This document shows, one piece after another, positions 12,363 to 25,163 of a DNA stretch of 64,000 nucleotides. The stretch is from Octopus vulgaris. Taxonomy: Eukaryota. The notes under the pieces are model-generated. The model had not been told where the DNA came from. It saw only the letters and a program-made list of their open reading frames with translations, and did no database searches. Position 1 is the first letter of the stretch. The number at the start of each line of letters is the position of its first letter. Where the stretch lies: the NCBI GenBank assembly GCA_951406725.2, contig OX597835.1, forward strand, positions 44,144,001 through 44,208,000, read 5' to 3'. The position numbers were made by a program, and so were the translations under genes.

Positions 12363-14229
12363 ACATACCAAATATATAATTGTATATTCCGTGTCATCAT
12401 CGAACTCACGAAGATGTACTTACTTAACGACAGCACTCCAGGTTCTCACAAACTATGCATAACCCCCACCTCTCAACGGAGACTTGGAAGGAACAAAACA
12501 CACTCGTCGTACGCCAAAGAATCTGATGTATAGATACGTTTTGTCGTAAATCTGAGGACAATTGTAGAATTCTTAGGAAGAGAAGCCTTACTTGTACTCA
12601 TGGCCCTTTCACAATCTCACTTTTGTAGGTGATGCATTTACAATGCACGAGAAAATCCGTATTGCACAAAAAAGAATGAGAAAATAATATATACATATAT
12701 ATATATATATAAGCATACATCTTTCCATGCAAACATTCATTCACACACACGCATACATACTGACTCTCATACATACATACCGGCTTACAAGCATATATAT
12801 ACACACATGCATACGTACATATGTACATACATATATAAGAAACCAACCAGCAAACGCGTGCATTATGAATAGAATCGGTAAGTGGTAAAAATATGGATGA
12901 CTTTTCCGAGATTCTAAATGTGAACTTGTTTTTGTCGTCTACATTCCAACGATGGAGCTTTGTATCTTCGTTAGAAAGCGGCTCCTTTAAATAATTAATA
13001 ATACAAGAGAATACATATATACAAGCAATCATTCATTCTTCCATACATACTTACATGGATCTCTCGTCGTAAACTGGGGATAAGGAGAATATCTATGTAG
13101 GACTAATGAGAAACCCACAGCTTTCATTTCCAGGCTATAGAATTTAATTTGTTTCAATTGTTAAACCTGTACTGGGCTTTCAGTAACACTACTACTACAA
13201 CATACCTACTGAACAAAACAGACAGCGAAGATAACATTAACGCATGTACGCACAAATATACGTATGCAATTCAAAAATGCATACATACATTTATACGAAC
13301 ATTGATATATACACACGTAAATATGTCTTATCGAAAATTAGGGAAAATGGAGATCTAATGAGAAACCTACATCTTTTATATCCAGGCTATAAATTCTCAT
13401 TCGCTTCTATTATCTTTGGTTTACTGAGCTACGTAGCGATGCATCGGCATAAAAAGCTTAAAAGTGCCAAGGTTCTCTGAACAAGAACATAATTTGACTG
13501 ATTCGCATTCTGATTTCACAATAACTGAAGTTTGTATAATGAATACTTGTAAAACATTTCAGAATTTTTTCATTTCAATTTCGCTGGTGTACACACGCGC
13601 ACACGCACTCATGATTATCAAGCTGGGAGACTTGTATAAGCTCGGAGACTTGTATATTATATATTAATGAAAAAAGAAAAATAAACTGCAAACTGCTACA
13701 TGAATGCATGTTTATTCGTACACATGTACAAATCAAATGCATACGGTAACCAGTTGAGAGAACCAGTGACCTTTAAAATATTCTTCATTTGTTGGTGATC
13801 TTATTGAAATTTAAATAGGAGAAACTTAAATAATTCTTAAAGCAACATATATAGACTTTGACCAATGAACTATCGATTCTGCTATATTCACTCTCGGAAT
13901 GATATTGATTTTTATGTAGAAAAGTGGGATAGAAATTTTCGTTGCATTTAGAGGGAATAGTTGATTATTCAACCCTAGATTATTTCAACGACTAGTTCTT
14001 TAGATTATCGTCTGCGAAGAAGAACGGTAAATACTTCGGTGAGATTTTAGGAAATACTAGGAATATTTCGACGTTATACGAACTCAGAACTTATTGAGAT
14101 GAAACAAGTGGCACAAGGCATTTTACCGGCGTGTAAAAAGCATCATGTGAAGAGAGAAAATTAAAGAAGAGATTTTAGAGCTTTCAGTGACATCATCACA
14201 AAAAACACACAAGCGGAAAGGAAAAAAAA

Positions 14230-14630
14230 ACTAGAAATGGAAAATGAAATTCTAACAAAAATGAAAAGTGAAGAATCGAAAGAGGGCCTAAGGCAACATA
14301 TTGTTGCTAAAGCACAAAGAATCTGTCGTTTGGAAAAGCGGCGAGATTTTCATTGAATAAAACAGACAATTTTTATATAATTCCAAAAATGATATTACAA
14401 TTTTTAGCAGGCAATACGTAGAAAACATGATAGAAATCAATGCAATGTCAAAAGCAAAAGAAATGAAGATCTTTCAGGAGATGTTTGAAGAACTGACGGT
14501 TCAGAATGGTTGAGAACGCTTAAAACAATTCTTGAGAGAATTCACAACCAAACGAAATAACCGAGATATTATAGAATAAAAATAACCGGAAGGCAACTGG
14601 AAATGAAGAATACCAAACTTCTGGAAGTTA
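14230..14630 (+). pseudogene. R4/Dong-type non-LTR retrotransposon ORF remnant (region upstream of RT)
   Basis: LRQHIVAKAQRICRLEKRRDF resembles LKQRxxAKAxRIxRYExR; later NRKATGN.../PNFW resembles NWKAPGxDxIxNFW; stops and frameshifts present. Confidence 0.55.
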
Positions 14631-14968
14631 TATATAAAAGAGTTTATGTGGTAACCCGAGTTGCTAGAAATAATAACCAAATCTCCGTCACATCACATAA
14701 CATTTTCTCTGTATGGGAAGTCAAAATCTTATATTGCAGTGAGTGCGCGAAGGTAATGTTGTGAATATCAGCGACATCTAGATGGCATTCAAGGAGAACC
14801 CTGTCTACAAGATATCCCAAAAATTATGCTGACATGTATTGCCCATATCCTTAGAAAAACCCAATCAATTTAAATGTTTGCGTTGTATTGCCCGGAAGTA
14901 TTTCGCTTCTGCTCTTCCTACATCCTCTCCCCAAGCATTCAGCTGTATTTCACTATCTCTGAACCTCA

Positions 14969-15320
14969 GGCGGTGGGCTGGCAGGAACGTTAGCACGCCG
15001 GGCGAAATGCTTAGCGGTATTTCGTCTGCGTTACGTTGTGAGTTCAAATTCCGCCGAGGTCGACTTTGCCTATCATCCTTTCGGGGTCGATAAATTAAGT
15101 ACCAGTTACGAACTGGGGTCGATGTAATCGACTTAATACCTATGTCTGTCCTTGTTTTTCCCTCTGTGTTTAGCCCCTTGTGGGTAATAAAGAAATAGGT
15201 ATTTCATATGTCTTTATGTTCTGAGTTCAAATTCCACCGAAGTCGACTTTGCCTTTCATCATTTAGGGGTCGATAAATTAAGTGTCAGTTGCGTACTGGG
15301 TTCGATCTATTCGACTGACT
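14969..15320 (+). mobile_element. SINE family C with internal tandem duplication
   Basis: ggcggtgggctggcaggaacgttagcacgccgggcgaaatgc...gagttcaaattccgccgaggtcgactttgcc; the core restarts at ~15199. Confidence 0.88.
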
Positions 15321-16075
15321 CTCTCTAATGGACTGGCTCTCAGGTGTTCAAAGTTTTATAATTTTCAGAATTTTCAGCCAATCAGAAAACAGCGCGTTCG
15401 CTGCTTCTTTTATCATCAGGGGACGGAGGGGGGCATTGGCATGTCAAAACATTAAACTAAAATAGTTGAGTGTGAGTTCCATCTGTTATGAAAACAAGCA
15501 ATTGTGTGCATGTGCAGTATCTTTGGTTGCTATGGAAACAGAGTCCTTTGCAATCAGCTGTGGAACACGTGGTGCTTCTTTGCTTTGGTTACAACAGAAA
15601 CAGACTTCATCGCCATGGTGATGTCTAAAATATTCGCTTCTAATTTAGCAAATTTTAAAGGCTATTAACTTTTTAATCGCGGATCTATTGGGAAAATGAA
15701 TTTCATTTCCATAGTTAGTATACAAAACTTAATCCATATACCAAATTTCAAAGCAAATGGAGCAAAATTGTAAACAGTGACGAAAACCACAATGATCCGA
15801 TACCGGAACCAATGAAGAGACGAGTAGGCCATGGCTGGCTACACCTGCTAAAAGTAGCAGCCGAATTACCTCAAAATCCCACTGCTGTGTCCTGAGACGG
15901 CAAGAACACATTGTCTAATGTATTCCTGGATGCACTACGTGCGAACAATATTAGGGATCTTTTATTGTGAGAATTATTGACCTTGGCTATCGATATTTTC
16001 AATCAACCAGGTCTGATAAAACAAACAAAAGAGACAACCAGGAAATCGATCAGAAGAGAATCTTTTAGCTTCGAT

Positions 16076-16490
16076 CTTTTGCTTGCTTCAGTCTTTAGAT
16101 TGCTGCCATTCTGGAGCACCGCCTTGAAGAAGAGTTCGTTGCACGAGTCGATGTTAGTAGGTTTTGTTTTAAATCCCGGTACCTTTTCTGTCGGTCACTT
16201 TTGTTAGGGGACATAAACACAACAGCACCGGTTGTCAAGCGGTGGTGCTGGTGGTGGTAGGGACAAACACACACGCACACACGTCCACAAACACGTGTGT
16301 GTGTGTATGTGTGTATGTGTGTATACGACTGGCTTCTTCCAGTCACCGTCTACCGAATCCACTCTCAAGGCTTACAAAGCTTTGGTTGGCCCAAGACTGT
16401 AGTAGAAAACACTCGCCATTGATGCCATGCCGTAGGATTGAACCTGGAACTTTGTGGTCCGGGAGCAAGCTTTTCCACAGCAACGCCTGG
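16076..16490 (-). mobile_element. SINE family A
   Basis: ctggagcaccgcc...ggttgtcaagcgg...gtagtagaaaacactcgcc...gattgaacc. Confidence 0.8.
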
Positions 16491-16526
16491 AGACTGTAAA
16501 AACATATAACGATGCATTTATACGCT

Positions 16527-16668
16527 GCAAAAGATACCGATAGAATAAGAACTAGGCTTACAAAGAATAAATAATGGGGTCGATTTGCTCGAATAAAGGC
16601 GGTGCTCCAGCATGGCCACAGTCAAATGACTGAAACAAGTAAAAGAGAGTAAAAGAGTAAAGAGTAAA
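16527..16668 (+). mobile_element. SINE family A, 3' fragment
   Basis: gcaaaagataccgatagaataag...cagtcaaatgactgaaacaagtaaaagagag. Confidence 0.85.
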
Positions 16669-16989
16669 TCTATAAATCTATATCATGAGAGGAGAAGGAA
16701 TGACCTTGACTTGGCCTGAAAGAAGTGGGCAGTGTTTGTTATTTTGCAAAGATCTCCTTCCTGCCAGACGAAGAATCAATCCCTAAAATGTAGATTACTC
16801 TTCTCTCTGCAGCCAAAGAAGATACCAAAAACTTATGTGGGTTTCTGTTTAAAGTTTGCTGAAGTCCACTGATTAGATTTACTAATGCATACAATCACTC
16901 TCAGTTTCTGCGGACAGATATTATGACAGAACAAATAATGGAATAACGGCTCAGCAGAAACCTAAAAGAAGACTACCAGAATGATAAAC

Positions 16990-17015
16990 ATAATAATAAT
17001 AACAACAACAATAAC

Positions 17016-17064
<49 letters not shown>

Positions 17065-17097
17065 GTAGTAATAATAATAATAATAATAATAGTAGTA

Positions 17098-17154
<57 letters not shown>

Positions 17155-17160
17155 GTAGTA

Positions 17161-17218
<58 letters not shown>

Positions 17219-17240
17219 TAATAATAATAATAATAATAAT
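16990..17240. repeat. (AAT)n microsatellite
   Basis: Direct reading, with AGT interruptions. Confidence 0.95.
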
Positions 17241-17451
17241 GCAGCACGAATTAGTTACAGACACACCGTCATCGTTTGTTAGTTAAGTGAATTACATAGA
17301 GTCGATAAGAAAACTGGGGATATAATAAAATCATTGAGTTTGTGTTCGCTGTAAACCCGGACGTAGATGTCTGATGCAATTAGAAAATTATTATAAAATA
17401 TCTACTATAAGCTAACAAACGTAATTAGTGACAGCAAGAGCGTAGTACTTA

Positions 17452-17668
17452 TACGATATGGGTGCTGAAAAGTTCTTGTCTTTAAGAGTATCGTGAAAGG
17501 TCTGGTTGAGGGCCCAACCGTCTGAGTTCTTTTACAGGGCTTAGAAAAACTGAAGGACCGCCGAAAAAGGGTGTGAAACTCAGAGGGAAATATGTTGAAT
17601 AAAATCATAATTAACTGATCCTTTTCTATTTTCTTTAACCAAACGCCATGACCTTTAAGCACTGGTTT

Positions 17669-17670
<2 letters not shown>
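17452..17670 (+). mobile_element. Mariner-derived MITE retaining the transposase C-terminal codons
   Basis: Degenerate TIRs (ta)cgatatgggtgctgaaaagttcttgtcttt / aaacgccatgacctttaagcac; interior encodes GLEKLKDR../VKLRGKYVE*, the typical mariner C-terminus. Confidence 0.65.
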
Positions 17671-17715
<45 letters not shown>

Positions 17716-17719
<4 letters not shown>

Positions 17720-18116
17720 ACTTGTTTCAGTCATTTTGACTGCGGCCATGCTGGAGCACCACCTTTAATCGAGCAACTCGACCCCGGGACTTATTCTTTG
17801 TAAGCCCAGTACTTATTCTATCGGTCTCTTTTGCCGAACCGCTAGGGTACGGGGACGTAAACACACCAACATCGGTTGTCAAGCAATGCTAGGGGGACAA
17901 ACACAGACACACAAACATACACGCACACACACATATACATATATATATACATATATACAACGGGCTTCTTTCAGTTTCCGTTTACCAAATCCACTCACAA
18001 GGCTTTGGTCGGCCCAAGGCTATAGTAGAAGACACTTGACCAAGGTGCCACGTAGTGGGACTGAACCCGGAACCATGTGGTTAGTAAGCAAGCTACTTAC
18101 CACACAGCCACTCCTG
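17716..18116 (-). mobile_element. SINE family A, full length, low divergence
   Basis: tttacttgtttcagtcattttgactgcggccatgctggagcacc...gggactgaacccggaaccatgtgg...cacacagccactcctg. Confidence 0.92.
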
Positions 18117-18820
18117 TGGTTATATATATATAACCGCAAAGTATAAACCAAATAAGATGCACTCTTCTGCCTTGTCGGAGAACAGAATATATGAAATGGA
18201 GACGGTGGTAGATTCAATCCATGGCCCTTTGTAGTCACCATATTCTAGGTTCTTAGTGCTCCGCTGGAAATATTCAGCAAGTTCACAAGGTCTTTCACTT
18301 CAACCACATATGGTAGAGATACCCTATAAAAGTAGAGTCATAGGCGTCGCAATTCCTAAAAGCACATTTGTGAGGAAAACGAAGAAATAACAGAAATTGT
18401 TATGAAAGCTAATAAATAAACATTTTCTTCTGTGTTGGGAGTGGCATTATTCTCATAATAAACACAAGAAGTAGTTCTATTCAACTTCAATTAGTTATCT
18501 ATTTACAAAATTAATTAATCGATAGTTTGATTAATCGTTCGGCCTATGGCATTCGCGACATCATTAATTACATCCTATCTCTATTCCCCGGTTATCTGTT
18601 TGTCTGTCTGGGAAGTGAAATACAACCAGTGCATGTGTTTATCATTGACATAGTGACCCTCTCGAGATACAAAGAATCTGTAATCTATTTCAAAACATCG
18701 AGAAGCTTACAAATCAAATACATTATCAAAAAATAAATAGATAAATGAATTTATTAAATGTTATTACGGAGATGTACTTGCATAGCAAGTGATTTGATCT
18801 GAGATCGTGTGCTGAAACAA

Positions 18821-19050
18821 AAACAATTGCAGCGTGGAAGGTGTTTGTAAGCCATTTAAGAAACACACAAAAGCCGTTCGATTCACTTCAACATTTAAGT
18901 TTAATATGTGTGTTTCTTAAATGGCAACAGGTCGCGGTCTTAAAGCGACGAAAATATTTTGACAAATTAAACTTAAATGTTGAAGTGAATCGAACGGCTT
19001 TTGTGTGTTTCTTAAATGGCTTACAAACGCCTTCCACGCTGCAATTGTTT
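18821..19050. repeat. Fold-back inverted repeat (arms ~85 bp)
   Basis: 18821-18905 is a near-perfect reverse complement of 18966-19050; spacer contains GTCGC...GCGAC-GAAA. Confidence 0.9.
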
Positions 19051-19148
19051 ATTAAATGTGTTACTGTAAAATATCTTATTAAAATATTTGGTCACCGAGG
19101 CCACAGAAACAAACAAGACCAAGCAAAGGGATTGGTTGTGAAGCTCAA

Positions 19149-19773
19149 TGTTCAAATAAAATTGAATACGGCAAAAGTTTAAGACCTCAATGGAAAACTC
19201 TTCTAAAAATTATAATGACGACTTGTACAAATCAGAAGTGTTAAGGTGAGACAGTGTCACGTGACAACTTGCTGGGGCTGCCTGCTGGAGCTTATGCGGC
19301 AGGTATGTTCAAATAAAATTGAATACGCTGACAATAAGTTTAAGAGGCTAGGGAACAGAAGAAAGAAGACATGCACCGGGGGAGGGCGCCACGTCAAATC
19401 AGTGTTAAGGTGAGACCGGATGTGGTTCCTCCTGATGATGTCTTGAGCTAACTTGCTGGAGCTGTTGTGGTAGCAGACCACGGCACGGTTGAAATTCCTC
19501 CGTTAAAGGGAAAAATTGGACAAATCAGTCAGTCACCGTCTGACACTCGCTGACAATAATCGAAGAGGCTAGGGAACAGAAGAAAGAAGACATGCACCCA
19601 ACACCAGAGCTGAAGACACCTCCGAAAGGGGGAGGGCGCCACGTCAAAACAGTAGAGGAGTAGGGGCCGAAACCGGATGTGGTTCCTCCTGATGATGTCT
19701 TGAGCTAACTGGATCCTATAAAGGAGCTGTTGTGGTAGCAGACCACGAAACACGGTTGAAATTCCTCCGTTAT
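19149..19773 (+). repeat. Scrambled tandem duplication of a GC-richer repeat
   Basis: cgctgacaataa..gaggctagggaacagaagaaagaagacatgcac and ccggatgtggttcctcctgatgatgtcttgagctaac each occur twice; tgttcaaataaaattgaatacg occurs twice. Confidence 0.8.
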
Positions 19774-20002
19774 GGGACGACAGCATTTAATCTGGCCTCT
19801 AAATATAGTTTAAATTGCATTACACATAACCAGTGCTTAGAAATCCGTGAGCATCCTCATCATTCGAACGAAAGGAAAGACTGTTCATAGAATTAATGTG
19901 TTACGGGCCAAGTTTCGTTTCCTTAGAAAAATAAAAAGAATATTAAAAAGAAAGAAACAAAACTGCAAGGGCGTTTAAGGCAGGCAATGTTGGTCTGTCC
20001 AA

Positions 20003-20250
20003 CAGCGTGACACAGAGTGTGACAAGGCCGGCCCTTTGAAATACAGGTACAACAGAACAAGAAGAAAGAATGAGAGAAAGTTGTGGTGAAAGAGTACAGC
20101 AGGGTTTGCCACTACCCCCTGCCGAAGTCTCATGGAGCTTTTAGGTGTTTTCGCTCAATAAACACTCACAACGCCCGGTTTGGGAATCGAAACTGCAATC
20201 CAACGACCGCGTGTCCGCTTCCCTAACGACTGGGTCATTGAGTCTCTCCA
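20003..20250 (-). mobile_element. SINE family B, 3'-truncated
   Basis: Matches 8770-9013. Confidence 0.85.
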
Positions 20251-20902
20251 TATCGCACAGTAATATATACAATGATACACAGAAAAAGCACAGGAAAAGG
20301 TTTGTTTGATATTTACAAAAAAATGGCAGAAGGAGAAACCTTATCACGAAGCAAGGAATATGTATAAAGTTTTATCAGCTGATTAGCTGAGAATTATATG
20401 GGAATCATTGGAGTGCTTAGTGGGTTTTTACGCTTGCGAGTGCGCACACACACACATACGCGTTCGCACACACACGCGCATATAGCAGACACATTTACAC
20501 ATGCAGACACGTAGATATCATACTAATGTATATACACATGTGTAGTACACACACAAACACACACAGAGAAAAAACATACACACGCTCACACATATATGCG
20601 TGATATGTGTGTGTATGTGTATGCGCATAAGTTTTTATACATTTACACTGCACGAGTTTGATTGTGTATATGTATACATGTTTGTACTTAGATACATATA
20701 GAAGAATCTCTCTCTTTTTCACTCTCTCTCCCGAGTTCTCTATATATATACATACACATACATACATGTATATATACATAATAATATATGTATGTATCTA
20801 TCAAGCTATCTATATATATATATATGCATATGTATATACCTGTATATATATATCCTACATACGCATACCGTATATATATGAATATATATATATCTATATA
20901 TA

Positions 20903-20934
<32 letters not shown>

Positions 20935-20935
20935 C

Positions 20936-21041
<106 letters not shown>

Positions 21042-21442
21042 CATGTATATATACATATATATGAGGGAGGTGGCCGGTGCGTCGGAATCAATGGCGATTT
21101 GGTGTACTAGGAACTTCCTCAAGAATTCAGGGAAGCTAAAGATGAAAGCATTGTGGAAAGACAACATTAATTATCCATCGGTATTTGCGGTAATATCCAA
21201 ACATGCGATCCAAGGGAAATGAAGGCAGAGAGAAAGCCATATCTTAATGGTCCTAATAACCAAACTGTAAATACGATATACTCGCGCGCGCGTGTATATA
21301 TATATGTGTGTGTGTGTGTATATATATGTATGTATGTATGCATACACATACATATATACACATACACATACATATATATAAATATATATATATGTTTCTA
21401 TATATGTGTGTATGTGTATACATTTATATATGTGTACACACG

Positions 21443-21492
<50 letters not shown>

Positions 21493-21979
21493 TATATATA
21501 TATATACATATATATAAGATTCCCGTAAAGATACCAAGGTGTGTTGATAGTTTACACGCACGCATACACGCGCCCGCGCACTCACACGCACACACACACA
21601 GATATATGTATACGTGCATACGCTATCATAAAGAGAAAGAGATAAAAATAGATAGAGAGAGAAAAAGAGTGATAGATAGATAGAGAGGGAGAGGGAGAGA
21701 GGCAGTGAGAGAGAGAGAGAGATCGTTATTAATGTTTGTTTTTATGCCAAGTTATATGGTGAAACGACTTGAGGATGATGGTGAAGGAATGCTGAAAGCG
21801 TTCTATAGTGGAGTAGACACGTCTGGTGAAGGCGAAGTAGCCGACACTTCGAAGTCACTGTCAACCGTCTACTTGTAAAAGGAGAATAAAGACGGCGTAA
21901 GACGAAAATATTCTCTTTGATGAATATATTTACATCAAAAATTGAAGAGAACTTCTGCAACGACATTTGCAAGAAATAT

Positions 21980-22232
21980 AACACCACCACCACCACCACC
22001 ACCACTGCCACCACCACAACTCTCTCTCACCCTCCCACCTCTTCCTCCTCCCCTCCTCTTCCTCTCTCTCTCTCTCTCTCTCTCTTCCTCTTCGTCTTCG
22101 TCTTCCTCTCTCTCTCTCTCTTCCTCTTCGTCTTCGTCTTCCTCTCTCTCTCTCACCCTCCCTCCTTTTCCTCCTCCCTTCCTCTTCCTCCTCTTCCTCC
22201 TCTTCCTCTCTCTCCCCCTCTCACTCTCTCTC
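21980..22232. repeat. (CCA)n followed by CT-rich low-complexity tract
   Basis: Direct reading; the block ctcttcctcttcgtcttcgtcttcctctctc is duplicated. Confidence 0.9.
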
Positions 22233-23154
22233 ATTAATATACTCATTCCCCTGTTATGTCCAGGTACCTACTCTCTCCATTATCCACTATACTCGGTCCT
22301 AGTCTTTTCTCCAAGCAATATTTTTCTCTTTCGAATCTTACCCCGTGCTCATGTCTTTGCTTTACTGCAACATTTTAAAGCGGAACATTAAAGACACCGA
22401 TCCCTCACTGAATCTGAAAAGGCCGCCGAGAATGTCCTCTTTGTTCAGACTCAGACACGAAACACAAGCAAGAACAAAAACAAAAAGAAAAAGAAAACAA
22501 AAGATGAGATCGTTGTAGTTCACTTGAAGTATTATAATATCGAAGAAGGAAAAAACAAAAACTTAAATCCCAATGAGTTTTTGTCTTGACCTAGGATCAA
22601 CATAAGCTTTTGTATAATAATTTCTCAGAAAGATTATGAATGGGACTCACTCGGAAGGAACCTATGTCGTCTTGTGCGATCTTTATTGGTCATCAAATTT
22701 TACACCATCAACACTACATGATATATAAATGTCTTTAGAGGAGCCCCCTCTGTACAGGGCAATTCAGCCGAGTGTTCAAGCACGGAACGACATCCACCAT
22801 GGGTCTGAAAACCCCCAAAAATGTTGTATAACCACCGTTTTCTTCCATGAATCAGTCATTAACGGAAAGAAGAGGATCCTCTCGTCTTTGTCTTCTTTCC
22901 TTCTTGTGCAATATTTTTCACTGATTTGAGTCATTGTCAGACGAAGATGCTATGGCGACTCTTTAAGCGCAATTGTTTTACCTGATTTTATCGACTCCAG
23001 TATATATCTCGATTTGCTGGTCATGCTAAAGCCTTCAATTAAGCGAATAATTAAGTAAAATTCCAATGCAAAGCGATGCAACACCACGAACCACTTTAAA
23101 ATTGTATGCAGAATCAGAAACCTATGGACATGAAAGATGTACATGAAATTCGTG

Positions 23155-23470
23155 TTTGTGTGTGTATGTATGTATGTATACATGTGTGTATATATACATG
23201 TGCGTATGTATATATACATGTGCATGTATGCATGTGTGTGTATGTATGTACATGTTTGTATGCATGTGTGTGTGCATGTGTATGTATGTTTGTATGTATG
23301 TATATATGCATCCGTGCATGCATGTATCTATGCATGCGCGTATACATATGTATGCATCCATATATGTATGTATGTATGTACGTATGTATCTATGAATGTA
23401 TGTATGTATGTATGTATGTATGTATGTATGTATGTATGTATGTATGTATGAATGTACATGTATATACATA
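23155..23470. repeat. (TATG)n/(TG)n compound microsatellite
   Basis: Direct reading. Confidence 0.9.
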
Positions 23471-23507
23471 AGAATGTGTGTACATAAGCATACATATACA
23501 CGAATAT

Positions 23508-24053
23508 TCCTGGCTTGTTTTCGCGAATAAATATTCACCGAAGATGTCCACGTCTGTTTCAAGCCTGCCCATGCCCACCCTGTCCGATCCTAGGAAGGAG
23601 GACTGATCAGCGTTGTTTGCAGTGTTTTTGTTTTACATTCTTTTTCATTTGTTTGCAAAGATGTCCCCGCGGGTGCCTTCAAAAAAAGGTGTTTTGGACC
23701 AGTGGACATTGAAACGCCAGGCTTCTTGGTCAGTGGCAAGCACAGACCAGTGGTGCTGATGATGAATATGGCAGAACCTGAGGGACTTCATACGGGAGTC
23801 CTTCTACATCTTTGATATTCATGTACCACAGTGATAAGAGCAGAGTTTGCCATACAGCGTGAGCTTTCGAAGTCAATAATTGTCTATCCTGGATGATGTG
23901 AATGCAGAGCTGATGGAATTGCTGAAGAAGTCATTGGTCATGATGATAAATGACCGACGTATAAGTGGATGGTCAGAACAACTGTTCTGTATACATTGAC
24001 CTTGGTCATTTTCTTCAGGTGGTTCTTGTTTCACATCCTTCTGTACAGTCTGC
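23508..24053 (-). pseudogene. RTE(BovB-like) LINE, 3' portion (thumb, C-terminus, 3' end)
   Basis: Minus strand RLYRRM*NKNHLKKMTKVNVYRTVVLT resembles GRLxxRVW..TKxxVYRAVVL; LLQQFHQLCI resembles LLERFHQRCL; RKLTLYGKL resembles PKxxxYGEL. Confidence 0.7.
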
Positions 24054-24385
24054 ACGAAAACCAGAAGGGCCAGGTCAGGTACAGCGAGAACCTCTCCGAG
24101 CCCTTCCCTGTTAGCAACGGTGTGAAGCAAGGCTGCGTCCCCGCACCGACTCTTTTCACCATCTTCTTTAGTAATATGTCCCATCAGGCCACAGAAAACT
24201 ATGACGAAGACGAACGCTTGTACCTATACTACCTTACTGATGACAGCTTCTTCAACCTGAGGTGCCTGGAAGCTCACATCGAAACACTGGAACAAACCAT
24301 CCATGAGATAATTTTTGCAGACGGTTGCCAACAGAAAGACAGTCTTGCAACGTATCATCGCTTTCTGCCCGGCAGTTTGACCAAG
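24047..24385 (+). pseudogene. RTE(BovB-like) LINE RT core fragment, inverted relative to the adjacent 3' part
   Basis: SLHENQKGQVRYSENLSEPFPVSNGVKQGCVPAPTLFTIFF...DDSFFNLRCL...IHEIIFADG: GVKQGC motif and degenerate FADD. Confidence 0.85.
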
Positions 24386-24826
24386 AAGACAGTTTAAAAA
24401 AGAAAGAAACGAAAATATCTATGAATACATTATCCGTTTCTAAAAAGAACTTACTACTATTTATAGCAGATACAAGCACCAGTGAAAATCTGTTGCATAA
24501 TCTCATATTCAATAAGCATTGCTCAGCTTAGTCTTGGATGGTTTTCACTTTTTTACTACATTGCACATCGGACAGCAATGCAAAGTCACAAATAGAAGAA
24601 TTTCAATTAACGCTGATTGGCAAAACGAAACGAGATGTAAGTAAACGTGGTTTCGATTTTTATTCTGAGATCACCGTCCGTTCTCGGTTGAAAATATCTT
24701 TCAACTTTTCGATGGCTATCAAATAACTATCAGTTAAATTCTCGAATCGATACACTGATTTATATTTCCACATAGAAGTTTATAATAAAATAAACGAAAC
24801 CAACGAAAGCATTACATATAGATAGT

Positions 24827-25163
24827 CGCAGGCGTGCCTGTGAGGCAAGAATTTTCCCTCCCAAACACAAGGTTGCAGGTTCAGTCCCAGTGCGTGTTAT
24901 CTGGGGCCTGTCTTCTTTTATAGCCCCAAAGTCTTGTGAGTCGGTCGTCTTTGTATTTGTGTCACCTATCGGCGCTTGAGAAGCCGGTTTTTGTTTGATT
25001 ACCTCCCCGTACCTATCGGTTCGACAAAAGATATCGATAGAATAAAAAAAAGCTAGGCTTAAGAAAATAAGTATAGAGAACGATTTCTTCCTCTGAATTA
25101 TTCGAGGAAGTGCTCCTGCATGGGCGCAGTCCAGTGACTGAAACAAGTGAATGATAAAAGAGC
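24827..25163 (+). mobile_element. SINE family A, diverged
   Basis: cgcaggcgtgcctgtgaggcaagaa...ggttcagtcccagtgcg...cagtgactgaaacaagt. Confidence 0.75.

Noticed and set aside
15330-15790. Possible DNA-transposon MITE (accaaatttca motif), also 35270-35420 and 61740-61935
   Set aside because: No TIR pair or TSD could be identified by eye.
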